Source: Eutreptiella sp. 'Long Island Sound 2002' (taxonomy: Eukaryota > Protista > Euglenida). From it: a stretch of 64,000 nt of DNA. Under the pieces are notes generated by a model, which was not told the origin of the DNA, did not search any database, and was given only the letters and a program-made list of their open reading frames with translations. Every line of letters begins with the position of its first letter. Positions within the stretch are counted from its first letter, which is position 1. Shown one piece after another: positions 13,041 to 24,490 of the stretch. The stretch lies in NCBI GenBank assembly GCA_964036045.1, contig OZ038378.1, positions 25,978,001 to 26,042,000 on the forward strand. Reading direction: 5' to 3'. The position numbers were made by a program, and so were the translations under genes.

Positions 13041-14399
13041 TACCGTCTCATTCTTTCATGTAAGCCATTGTTGGTGGAAATAGTCATTTCGCGTCTTTTG
13101 CACGGGTATTCCCCGGCCCTCGACAAAGCTAGAGACTGCAAAAAAAAAGTCCTTTCGCATCCTAGTAGGCATATACCGTCACAACATCCCCACTTGCACC
13201 CCTTAGAGTGGGTACCATGGGGTCACCGAGGTCGCCAAATCCGCCAACATAGCAAAAATGGCTGAAATGTGCACAAACTACATGAGCGCTCATCCCACTC
13301 CGCCCCATACAAACCCCGTGGAGTCTAGACCCGGAAAAACTTTTTCGGCTCAAAATCGAAAAAAACCAAAAGATTCATGATTTCGGACACAAAAAAAAGA
13401 TGGTCAATTGTTTGACATTTTTGACCCCACCCCCACCCCCCTCCCCTCAAAAAAGTGGGTTTCGAGTGGGGGGGTCTGGGGGGTCCGGACCAAAAACTCA
13501 TTGGGGGATGCGTTTATTGGACAAAATAATGGTTTTACAAGGGGCTAAACCAGCAATTCAACCTTTGGGGGTAGGGTACGCCAAAAAAGCCCAAAATGGG
13601 GGGGTATGTGGCGTTTTCCCATTAAGCCTGCCTAGCTTTGATCTAATAAACTCTGCGAGGTGATTTTCACGCGCCACTAAACAGCCCACCCAGCGTGAAA
13701 ACAGCCAAGTCCTCACTCGCAAGGGGCCATATGGGGGGGGGGGGGACTGGGGGTACCCGGAGTTGGGACCCGGGACCCCGCCATGGGTTAGGGGGTCCAT
13801 ATACAAGGAAAAAGTTCTTCAGGACCCGGGTCCAAATAAACACACAGCGGCCACAATACACAAAGAAGTTTTGATCCCCCCCCCAAAAAAGGTACCCAGA
13901 TACGGGGGGGGACGGGTGTTAAAATAAAAAAAATCGTTAGGGGATCATTTTTGGTGCTAAAATGATGATTTTACAAGGGGTTAGACATCAGAAACCATAT
14001 GTTGGCGTATGCTACGCGAACGACCCCGGGGGTGTACGACGCCCGCGCCTGCACTTGATCTAACAAAAGATTCCTAAAAACAGCGGTTCAACGCCCACCC
14101 CATGCTTAGTCAAAGGCCGTGCTTGCGCAACGGGGGAGGGGGGATACGTTACATTTTGACTTGAGGTCTAACTGCAAATGGCCCCACCTCCCAAAGGCCC
14201 CCAAAATGAGCCCAGTACTTCAGCGCGGTGGTCTACTTCCATTCCCTACCCTACCTTTCAAAGCACCCTGATGCGTGCACACTGTGAGCATGGCACTGGC
14301 GCGCTGCATGCAACACTCCGTGGTGCTTTGACACTAGCGCTGTGTCATGCTCTGTGGAAAGCTGTACACAAATCAGCGAGGACCGAAGGCACAAATAGA

Positions 14400-14850
14400 A
14401 ATACAAGCAGGACCAATCGCATTTCATGTGTAGGGCTTTGCAAGAAAATCGGACACCTATCACCAGAAGGACACAGGAATGCGTAGATTCCTGACGAACG
14501 TGTGTCATGCATGTGTCATGAAACATGCTCAATCAGTCCAAAGTGCGTTCACTCTTAGTGTCGACACAGTGGGTCTGATTACTGAGCATGCGACCAGCAC
14601 ACACACCCCTCCCAGCACCAGGCTTTAGGGCTACGGTGGTCAGAAGAAGAAACAGTTTACTGGTCAAACCATTTGTTACGTCCCTGATAATGATGCTTTG
14701 AACCGGGAATCCTCAAGTCCCAAGCATAAATGACTGTTACCATGAATATGCCCCTCACGAGCCGAACAACCAGCGCCCCAGGAGGGGACTCACGCCAAGG
14801 AACTGGAGAATTCCATGCATTTTCGGATGGAAAAGCACGCCCAATGATCA
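14400..14850 (-). pseudogene. Possible non-LTR retrotransposon AP-endonuclease relic
   Basis: PGALVVRLVRGIFMVTVIYAW resembles the GRxxxVxx...INVYAP strand; SGDRCPIFL resembles the terminal SDHxPV motif. Highly decayed. Confidence 0.3.
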
Positions 14851-15479
14851 GGGGAACAATCAAAGTGCTGCACCTGCCCCAGCTGCTGCATGGCTGCTGC
14901 CATTGCTGCTGCCATTGCTGCAGGATGCTGCCAGAGGCTTCACCAATATCAGCACTGCTGCAGGTTGTTGTGGTTGTGGTATGAAGGTGCCTGTCCTCCA
15001 TCAGATGTTCCCAAGTTGCCATGGAGACTTCTCAACGAGCCTGTCAGACCCCATTGCAGCAACTCAAGTGAAACCATGTCTTGATACAAATTACACTAGA
15101 ACAGTACTGCTGTGGCTGTGTCCTGCTGCTGGGACAGTGGTGCTTTCAGCAGCGGTGCAAGTGGTGCATCTGTACCAGACGTCTGGCCGCTGGGAGTGCG
15201 CTGCTTGTGCTGGTGCAGGTCCTGGTGCTGACTGTGCTCCTCATGTGCTCCTCAGCTGTTGCTGGCGGCAACTGGCCAATCAATTGCTTCAAAGCTTCGA
15301 ATCTGCGGCCGCAGAGGACTGAACAGAGTCGTTTGGCAAGGATCATAGTTTGGGGCAGCTCTCAGGCAACCGGACCCCCTCCACCCCACTAAAGGTCACA
15401 TCTCAAGGCTCGCAGCCCCCACCCACCCCTCCCACGCACTCCACGGGCCACCCTGCCACCGCCGCCGCCTCCCCCCGGG

Positions 15480-17945
15480 CTACGCACGGTGCTCCACCGC
15501 CTCCGTGTGCACCTTGTAATCCTTGATTCGGGACACGAACTGCTCCGCAATCTGCATCTCCACTGGGTCGGCGTCCGGGCCGTCGCCCGGGATCGTCACG
15601 TTGATGCCCGTGGAGGCCCCGGTGACAATATCGCAGTTGAGGGAGGCAGGGCCCAGAAACAACATGACCTCGTTGCACTTGTCTATGAACACCGATGGCA
15701 ATGTCCCCGTCGCCTGCAGCTCCACACGACTGCAGTTGCAGGCAGTCGCGCTGGCGATGCAATCCGCGAAGCTGATGCCCGTGCGGCGGCAGTTCTGCAG
15801 CGTCAGGGCGTTGATCTTGCCACCCTCGACACGTACCACCACGTCCTCACACTCGTACACATAGATGGACTGGTGGGGCTCCACGGGGCCCAGTGTCAGC
15901 TCCACAGGGGCGCCACGCTTGCCGGTCTGCCACTCCACCACCCATCGCTTGCCATCCTCCAGCTCGACCTTTGGCGTCCCCTTCCTGGCGCCAGAGGCTC
16001 CCGGTCCCGCGGCCGGGCGCGCCCGCGCCGGGGCCGGCGCGGCCGGGACCGGGGCCGGGTCGGCGTCACGCGGGCGATTCTTGGTCTTCATTTCCGGCGT
16101 GACTTTCTTGAGGTGCGCGGTGATGCCACCGCCCTTCGAGTTGATCTCCGCGAAAAGCGCCGCGGCCCCGCCGTCACCGCCGCCGCCGCCAGGCGGACCA
16201 CCAGCCGGAGGGGGTGGGGGGGGACCTGGCGGGGGTGGGGGTGGGGGAGGGGGAGGGGGCGGGGGTGGAGGCGGGCCTGGGGGCGGAGGCGGAGGAGCTT
16301 GTGCTGGGGCGGGGGCGGGGGCACTGGGTACGCCAGGGGCGCCCCACACGACGCCGGTTGTGTGGTGCGCCTTGACATACGCTGACAGAGCCACAAGGGC
16401 GGCCCGCCACTGCTTTGCAAACGCGGTGTGGCGGGCATCGCCCCCTTTCGCAGCGACCAGCACTTTGTTGAGGTAGAAATCCGCGGACCCTACGGCCTCC
16501 GTGACAAAGGGGGCGGGCGTCGGCTCTACGGTGACCCAGGCCGCCGCCTGCAGTCCCTCCACCACCGCGTTTTCGTGCTGCGGATGCTTTGGCGCTTTGC
16601 CAGCCGCCACCCCCATGGCATCGGCAGTGGGCTTGAGGAGTGCCTGCACCTTCTCTGCCTCTGGACGTGGCATGCCACCCGCAGTCATGAGGAACGCGCG
16701 CTGCGCGGTAAACGTCGCCTCCACGGCGCCACCGAGCGCCGCCAGGTCGTCGCCGAGATCCGTGCAAGTCGCCAAGAACGGCTTCACGTACTCCCCATAC
16801 CAGTCGTCATACGCCCCAATGGCTGCGCCCGTTGCGGGTGCTGCCACCGCCCCCGCCCCCGCCGCTGGGGCGGCGGTGCTGGTCTTGAGGCTCCCCCACA
16901 CGACGCCGGTTGTGTGGTGCGCCTTGACATACGCTGACAGAGCCACAAGGGCGGCCCGCCACTGCTTTGCAAACGCGGTGTGGCGGGCGTCGCCCCCTTT
17001 CGCAGCGACCAGCACTTTGTTGAGGTAGAAATCCGCGGACCCTACGGCCTCCGTGACAAAGGGGGCGGGCGTCGGCTCTACGGTGACCCAGGCCGCCGCC
17101 TGCAGTCCCTCCACCACCGCGTTTTCGTGCTGCGGATGCTTTGGCGCTTTGCCAGCCGCCACCCCCATGGCATCGGCAGTGGGCTTGAGGAGTGCCTGCA
17201 CCTTCTCTGCCTCTGGACGTGGCATGCCACCCGCAGTCACGAGGAACGCGCGCTGCGCGGTAAACGTCGCCTCCACGGCGCCACCGAGCGCCGCCAGGTC
17301 GTCGCCGAGATCCGTGCAAGTCGCCAAGAACGGCTTCACGTACTCCCCATACCAGTCGTCATACGCCCCAATGGCTGCGCCCGTTGCGGGTGCAGCCGCG
17401 GCCACCGCCCCCACCGCTGGGGCGGCGGTGCCGGTCTTGAGGCTCCCCCACGCGACGCCGGTCGTATGGTGCGCCTTGACGTACGCCACGAGCGCCGTCG
17501 GGAGCGCGGTCAGAGCGGTGCACCACGCGACGTGCTCTGGGCCGGTGGCCCGGTGCTCCTTCAGGACCTTGTTGAGGTAGAACTGCATGGAGTCCTTGGC
17601 CTCCGCAATGTGTGGGACAGGGGTCGGGCTCACAGTGACCCACGTCAGTGCCCCAAGCCCCTCCTGCAGTGCTTGCGCATGGTTGCCCAGGGGACCGCGC
17701 TTCAGGGTGCCCACAAGGTCCCCAGCGGCGGCCAAGGCCTGGCCGGTTGGCTGCAGGAGTGGCGCAGGGTCAGCCGGTGCAGGCATAGCCACTGCTTGGG
17801 CAAGAAAGTCACGTTGGGCTTCGAAGGCACGCACAGCACTTGCAGCCAGCGGCACAGCATCACCTCCCAACACATCTGACGCTTTGGTAAATGCGCTAAG
17901 GGCATCAGCCAACAGTGCATCATAGTCACTGATGGCCGTCATGAC
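15480..17945 (-). CDS. CAP: Adenylyl cyclase-associated protein (CAP/Srv2) with three tandem HFDs, polyproline tract, WH2 and CARP
   Basis: HFD signatures (NHAQALQEGLGALTWV, FYLNKVLKEHR, YVKAHHTTGVxW) occur three times (~17445-17942, 16893-17375, 16341-16823); poly-Pro ~16200-16300; WH2-like ALFAEINSKGGGITAHLKKV; CARP beta-helix (KRWVVEWQ, IYVYEC, KINALTLQNC, FIDKCNE, GASTGINV, EQFVS). Acceptor-like CCTCTGCAG precedes 17945; ATG at 17942; high GC3. Confidence 0.93.
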   Translation of the reverse strand, partial: VMTAISDYDALLADALSAFTKASDVLGGDAVPLAASAVRAFEAQRDFLAQAVAMPAPADPAPLLQPTGQALAAAGDLVGTLKRGPLGNHAQALQEGLGALTWVTVSPTPVPHIAEAKDSMQFYLNKVLKEHRATGPEHVAWCTALTALPTALVAYVKAHHTTGVAWGSLKTGTAAPAVGAVAAAAPATGAAIGAYDDWYGEYVKPFLATCTDLGDDLAALGGAVEATFTAQRAFLVTAGGMPRPEAEKVQALLKPTADAMGVAAGKAPKHPQHENAVVEGLQAAAWVTVEPTPAPFVTEAVGSADFYLNKVLVAAKGGDARHTAFAKQWRAALVALSAYVKAHHTTGVVWGSLKTSTAAPAAGAGAVAAPATGAAIGAYDDWYGEYVKPFLATCTDLGDDLAALGGAVEATFTAQRAFLMTAGGMPRPEAEKVQALLKPTADAMGVAAGKAPKHPQHENAVVEGLQAAAWVTVEPTPAPFVTEAVGSADFYLNKVLVAAKGGDARHTAFAKQWRAALVALSAYVKAHHTTGVVWGAPGVPSAPAPAPAQAPPPPPPGPPPPPPPPPPPPPPPPGPPPPPPAGGPPGGGGGDGGAAALFAEINSKGGGITAHLKKVTPEMKTKNRPRDADPAPVPAAPAPARARPAAGPGASGARKGTPKVELEDGKRWVVEWQTGKRGAPVELTLGPVEPHQSIYVYECEDVVVRVEGGKINALTLQNCRRTGISFADCIASATACNCSRVELQATGTLPSVFIDKCNEVMLFLGPASLNCDIVTGASTGINVTIPGDGPDADPVEMQIAEQFVSRIKDYKVHTEAVEHRA
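16344..17447 (-). repeat. 552-bp intragenic tandem duplication (HFD2/HFD3 of CAP)
   Basis: Shadow ORFs repeat at +552 (16501 vs 17053); I saw two substitutions in the domain-coding part, more in the linkers. Confidence 0.95.
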
Positions 17946-18139
17946 CTGCAGAGGAGGCATGATCACTGGGGTCTTGAACAACTTCTGACCTGTGCCGAAC
18001 CAAACCTGCAGGCACCGGTCATAATGACGAAGTTTCCCCCAGCAGGAGATTGGAGACCGACCCACTACTACCAACCCAGCCCCTGTGCTTCCATCGTTTG
18101 GCTGCCCCCGCAGCATCTAGGTAAACATATTCACTGTCC

Positions 18140-18480
18140 GTGCAAATGGCCACCTTCTGAAGGTGGAAATCTGCAGAGCCAGGAGCTCTGCTGTGTTCTT
18201 TGTTTGTGAGAGACGCTCTTGAACATATGCAGAAATGTGGACATCAGGGTGAGAGTAAATACCATAACTGGTTGCCCTGCCTACCACCGCCATCTCCTAA
18301 GAGGAGCCATCGGTGAAGACCATGGTGAATCCTTTTGGTGCAAATATATCAAAGTTTCCTCCAACTCGCATTGTTTCGTTCTGTTTGTGTTTTCTGGACG
18401 GGGGCACAGGCAGATTGATGTGTAGGGCAGGGTTTTGAAGCACCGCATCATGCAAAAGAGAATGTAATGCTTTCATGAAG
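18140..18480 (-). pseudogene. RNase H domain relic (non-LTR retrotransposon type)
   Basis: In one frame: MVFTDGSS*EMAVVGRATSYGIYSHPDVHISAYVQERLSQTKNTAELLAL, with the FTDGS and QTNNxAELxA motifs of RNase HI; one TAG. Confidence 0.65.
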
Positions 18481-19049
18481 GTTTTAAGATCATCTTCTAA
18501 TATAGGCAGGTAGCCCAGGGCAGTGGCCCACAGCTCCAAAACCCCGATCCACATGGGTCAAAAGTTTGAGGCCACTTGGAGGGGGGGGGGGGGGATAGAA
18601 AAAAAAATGCCTGACACTGCGCTACAGTGTTATTTTTAGGGGCAACCCCTGGGAGGGCCATGAACGGATACTTAGGGGGCGCCCTTGCACTGCGCGCTAC
18701 TTTCAGACTATGTTCCCCCCAAAGAGCCCCTAGGCACACCCCTTCCAAACGCGCCTAAATTTAGGTCACCCAAACTACCCCAGCAGAAGACCAATGCAAC
18801 CTACCTTACCTTCACATAAGCGCTCCTAAGGACGACCTCATTGGTCGAATCATGTCCGAAATCATGCAAAATTGCCCGAAATCTCCCAAAATCAGACCTG
18901 AATCTGAGACAATGGCAGAGGCGCCAAACACCCAGATATCATAATTAGCTTGTACATAACGTCGGCTGGTGAGTTCTGACCTTCGATGATTTTCCTGAAT
19001 TTTTCGATCTTGATCATCATCATCAATATGCATCATCATGATCATGTAT

Positions 19050-19950
19050 ATGATGGATGACCATGTTCATCACATTCTGCATGACAGCGACCATCCATGG
19101 GTCTTCTGATGTCTTGGGGATGAGGTCTCTGGGCTTCAGCACTCCTCTCGTATTCCTTCTCTCATTGCTCCTTCGTTGTGTGTCCGTCACCTCAACTCAA
19201 GCGCCGAGGATATTAGTTTTGGTGCTTGTGGACAATTGGGCGCCCTCGGCACCCATCGACTCCCTAGGCCGGTACCTTTGACAACTAATGATGCCCCTAG
19301 TATCCCAAAGTATGGGTCTCCAGTACGGCGAGACGCCCAAATACTTGCCCTGCACGCGCACTGCGCTAAATGCGCCCCCTTAGCTACCAAACGCCCCCGT
19401 GTCACAAGCGGCCATTCACTACTCATCAATCTTGCTTGCCGTGGTTGATGAGCCCAATGGATAATTGGGTCCAACTACCACCACATGGGTATGCATCCCC
19501 ATGCCCCACGCAAAATAAACGTCAGGGGCCACTTGCAATCAATGGTGTCCACTAGTGCAAAACGTGATTGGACGTAGCACACCCAACATTGCATTGGCCA
19601 ATTATGGGATCGGCACGGACAAGGGCAACCCCAGCCCAAGGGGCTCGGCCAACTCCTTCCAAGTGGCCACGGATTGTTGTGACTGGGGATGGACCGGGGG
19701 AATAGGAGGCCCGTTGCGGCGGTCTAGGTGGCCCCCCGGTAGGTCATGTACTTCGACACCCGCTAGAAGCCGCCCTTGGGGACGTTCAAGTCCATGAGGA
19801 GCCCAATGAAGCCAGGCGCCGGAAAGAGAAGAGAGGCATATTGCCTCACTGCCTCTATTTGCTTGTTGCGAATGAGGGGGGGTTGGGCAACCTCGGTGGC
19901 CTCGGCTCATGAGCCCTTGGCCAAAGGGGCCGAGGCCACCCATTCGCCGA
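19050..19950 (-). pseudogene. Second, more decayed relic related to the 7.8-9.1 kb element
   Basis: GTATGGGTCTCCAGTACGGCGAGACGCCCAAATA... (~19310) matches ~7987; LAGVEVHDLPGG / SVATWKELAEPL resemble LGIGVEEVPSG / CVATVQMISKRVL in the 8870-9103 ORF. Confidence 0.35.
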
Positions 19951-22900
19951 GGAGTTGTGAGACCTGAGAGTCACGCAAACTCTTGGCACCACTCAAACGC
20001 ATAAGCGTCATACTAAGCTCAATAAGGGTGTCCCAAGAGAAAGGCATAACAGGACCAACACATGGGAAAAGGGTGATGTGGAGTGGGGTGGGTGGTGGGC
20101 CTGAGGGGGGGGGGGGGGGCAACATACCCAACTCAACGGCAATGCAACCCCTCTAACACCCCGTAGTGCACCGTTTTGACAACTAAAACCCCATGATGGC
20201 CACGATAAGGAATGAACCGAAGAGTTGCAAATCACCCAAAATGGGGTTAACGTGTTAATTTTTGGATGGTTAATATATGAACCCTTTCACACATTAAAAA
20301 TTAAAATTGACCATCTTCCTTTTGATATGGTCCTCGAGGGTTGAGCCTGTCATAGTCCTCCTCATGGTAGAAGCATAGCCTGTCATAGGACTACCTCGTG
20401 ACCCCTCCCACAAACCGCCCCCAGTTCTCCAAACATTCACAGTCATGTTGGGGTACATGGGCGGGAGAGGCCACCGGGTAACTAGTGGACGAAGTGGGCA
20501 AACGGCTTTATGGTCCATTAGCAGGAATCAAGGCCTACAATGTGCTTGACATGCAGTACGCAATTCTGTAGAGATATTTTTTGAAATTGGTCTTGCTTCA
20601 AAGCACTGCATGGAGGTGGGTATGGGTATTGTATGCAAAGAAGAGTTTGTTTGACATGGCCTAAGAGAAACAGTTCAAGCGGTTAATGGCTAGTTTGACC
20701 CTACCCCTCCCCACCACCCGCCCCGTGTCCAACGAACAATGTTGTGTTTTTTTATCCTGACGCTCAAGGTGTCATTGAGTGTACTCGGGAGAACCTCGGA
20801 AAGCTGAAGGTCCATTTATGTACAGCACAGGCACACTCAGTAACTGAGCGGACCACAGGTCCATGCGGCATGCTGGCATAACATGTGTCATTCCTTCATA
20901 CAGTAGTGCAGTCAATCTGCCACGCCGAAATGGCAATTGAACATTGTGGATGTGATGCGCATGTAATGCTCGGACTACATAACTATTCGGTCCTTCGCAG
21001 TGCTCAGGGTACGTGAGCTGGCATTTCCTTATATACTTGTGCGCGTGTGCAGTGCACTGGGCGGCATTCATATGTGTGGTCGCCAATGTGGGCCAAGTGT
21101 GACAACGCACCAGTGCATCGGATTTCGGATTTCAGGAGGAACGGGAACAACTGGGGCGTCATCCCATCCGGTACCTGTAATAGCGGTGGCCTAAGTCATC
21201 AGGCCAGCTAGCAACGGCGAGGGTGCCAACTGCTCGTGCTATGTAGGTTTTGGGACACGCTGGTCAGTTGCGCATCGTACACGTGTGACACCTTGTGCAC
21301 CGGGCATAATAATGATTTCCGCAATGGGGGCAAATCCAGTCTCCTTTCATTGTTTCATCGTTGGTTTCATTGTGTGCTTCTTCTCATGGCGCCTTCCCGT
21401 CTTGCGTTTGCGTGGTGGATTCTCGTGGCCGTTGTGCTTTATCCCTATCCTGCAAAGCTCTCAGAGTTCATATTTTGAGCGGCAGCAGAGTCGGCATCGT
21501 ACCCAGGCAACATAATTACGCAGGCCACATGCATGACACAGCCGGCCACCCCGCCTCATTATGGAGTGTGTGTGCTCATGTGCATCATCAGTTGGTCCCT
21601 GACGTTTTTGTAGATCGGCACGATGGCATTTCATTGCATCAGGCGGAGGATACGGTGTGATCGGGTCAAAGGGTCGCCACGCACTAATATCCGTGGATCG
21701 GTATGCAGACGGTTTGAGTGTTGGCCTCGCCGAAGCTTGCATCTCCATGATGATGCAGAGGGATGGTCAGGTATGAGCGCTCATGTGTACACATAATACA
21801 TAGTCAGTGCCATTGTACGCACACAATCCATATGGTGCAGTGTTCCTATGCAACATATCGCAAAGACCCATGCCGCGTGCTAGCTTGATGTTGTGTGATG
21901 GACTCCTACATGTTGGGCGCGTCGTGCCACGGGCGGGGTATACACTGAACAGTAGCAGCGTCCCTTGGTCGCATGTGCTGGCAACGCCTCACACAGGGCG
22001 TGTGTGTGGGCGGGTGGCAAGAGATGTCCACATATGGGGCCGTGAGCGTGTATGCCATGTCATAATGCAGCATGCGTGGATGTATGCAGTGGTGTCCCTC
22101 AGTATGCTCATGTGTGTTGGCGTATGTGTGCATTGCATGCATGAGATGCCTTGCAGGTCCATATTTGGGTCATACACAGCCGGTCAGTAGAGGGGTAAGC
22201 TGGTGTGCGGAAAAAAAGCAAGGGTCCAGGCCTGTACAGAGCGATACAAGACACTCGGCGGGGAGGAGGCACTGCTGCGGTCTTGGCATGGCCTGGCCCG
22301 GCTAGCAGCGGCCCTCAGGGTTCCGATTGCTCTCGTTGTGACCCCACTCCGGCCCAGAGTCCTGTAGCTGTCCAACGAACAATTTTGTCCTCAAAAAATA
22401 CGGTCCGAACGGGTGTGTTCGTTGGACATGCCGTTCGGGGGATCTCGGGGGGCGACGTTGTGGCTCCGCAGCCGCCCCGCGGCTGTGTCTCCCACTGTTG
22501 ATGGGCTCAGACTCCCATGAGGATGACGAGGAGAAAACTTCCGGGGTAGAGGGCCCCTCCTCCGTGAGGTATTCCACCGATGCTTGGTGTGATGGCCGTC
22601 CCGGAGGCACATCCAGGGGGGCCAACGCACTCGTGTGCTGAGATGAGGTGCTAGGCACTTCCGCGTGCGCCGCAGGCAGAGCTGCTTGTTGACTCACACC
22701 CAGTGCATCCTGCTCATGTTGAGGTGGAGCTGCCTGTTTGGCAGGTCGGAGTAACCGATAGGGCCTGGTGGGGGCTCCATGATTGCGGTGTGCTGGGAAG
22801 TAGTCAGCCGCGAACAAATCGGTGCTCTTCTTGCCCCCCCCCTCTGCCAGTGAGAGTCTTGGGGGTGTGCATAGCTGGTAGCAGCGACGACGTGTACTTG

Positions 22901-23533
22901 AGCTTGGGAATGCGTTCCCTGATGCTGGGGCTAGGCTCTTTTGTCTCCCGCCTTTCCTTGGCCCGCTGGGCATTCCGTTGCTTGGTATCCGGCGAAGGGG
23001 CCGGCGCCTGTAGTATGGCCGTCCAGCGCAGCTCACAGTACTCCTGCAGGTTTTGCAGGAGTTTCAGCATGTCCGTTCGGTGCGCGCAACAATACGGCGG
23101 TAACGGCGGTAACACATCCCTAGGCACAAGACACCCAGCCCATTCAAAGTACAAAGCGATGGAGGCCTCCAATTGGCGCTTTTTAGAGTAGAAGCCCTTA
23201 TTGCGGTCCCGCTCCATGCGGAAAAGCTGAACATGCTCCCCGGGCTTGGGGCCCTCCTTGTTCTTGGCTCGGGAAGAAGTGGCAGCCTGATCTGGCTCAG
23301 GGACCTTTCGGACGGACACCGCTTGTATAGCACCTCCTGGCCAAGTGCAAGCAGAGAATCAGTCATGGTGGGCAACAGAGGTCCAGAGGTCCTGTAGATG
23401 AGGGACACAATTCCCTCACATCCTGCTTTACAAATGTACCCACAATTACTCACTACAACCCCTCATTTCCCTGATCCTTGAGCCTGAAATCTCGATTCTG
23501 AAGCCCGGCACATAATTAAGTACGTAATTAATT

Positions 23534-24490
23534 ATGTCCTCAAAAAATACGGTCCGAACAGAAGGGTTTGTTGGACACGGCATTCGTTGGACACGGGGGG
23601 GCTCTGATTCACATGCACAGCAGTTAACAAGCAGCTGGCTGACAAATGGGGCAAAGTACGCCAAACAGGTCGCCAAACAGCTGAGGCGCTCCATGGTGGC
23701 AGGCACACACATCAAGAAAGCACTCAAAAAGCTCCAGTCCTCTCAGTCCAACGACTTCCTCACTTTTTGGGATAATCCACCAGACAGCCCGCTCTGGTGC
23801 ACCCGTGAGCATGCAGCGGCCGTTTACAGTGAGTTTTTGGGGGTGCTCGCAGGCGACCCATCCTTCTGCATTCACCCTGCAGCTTTCAGTAGCATGCTTC
23901 TTTAATCCTCTCAATCATGTCTGCGAGCTATCTGTGGGTTTGATGCCACACACATAGTAAAATACAGCGGTTGTTGCTACATGGTGTCACTTCTGTGGCT
24001 GCGCATGGCTGCAGGAACCTCCTTGTGGGTTGGTGCCAAGGTTGTTGCCGCAGTCTGTGTGGCTCACCGTGACTCCTTGTGGCCAACACCTCACCCAGCA
24101 CATGTATATATGGCATTACCTCCTGCCAGAAGAACTATGTCACAGACCTGTACAGAAATTCCTGGAAAGGAGTTCTGTCATGAAAGGAGTTCTATCACTC
24201 CTCGCAGGGGGCCGGAGCACCAACTGAGTTCCTGGCGGAGTGACGACGTCACAGAGGTGGTAAGAGAAAAGTTAATGCCACTGGTCCAGCTGTGTGCACC
24301 CTTGGGTGCAAAGAGGACAGCTGGGAACATCGAATGAGGATAAACCTGATGGTGTGCCGATGCCATGTGGCCCAGAGTGCCCAGACTATTCAGGGTGCTC
24401 AAAGGACCCTGAGCCTCAGAAATTCAGGTGTGGACGCGCCACTTTGCTCCAGCCACGCCTGCCTTCACACAACCTTCACCGCATACCCAC
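23534..24490 (+). pseudogene. MULE-like transposase pseudogene
   Basis: ORFs 23534-23905 and 23981-24337 share one frame with a single TAA; ICGFDATHIVKY (DxTH first-D motif); after a frameshift LMVCRCHVAQS (CxxH) and CSSHACLH (SWIM-like). Its 5' block recurs at ~22389 and its SWIM-like block at ~25510. Confidence 0.5.

Noticed and set aside
15403-17925. Many overlapping ORFs around CAP
   Set aside because: Shadow frames of a very GC-rich gene.
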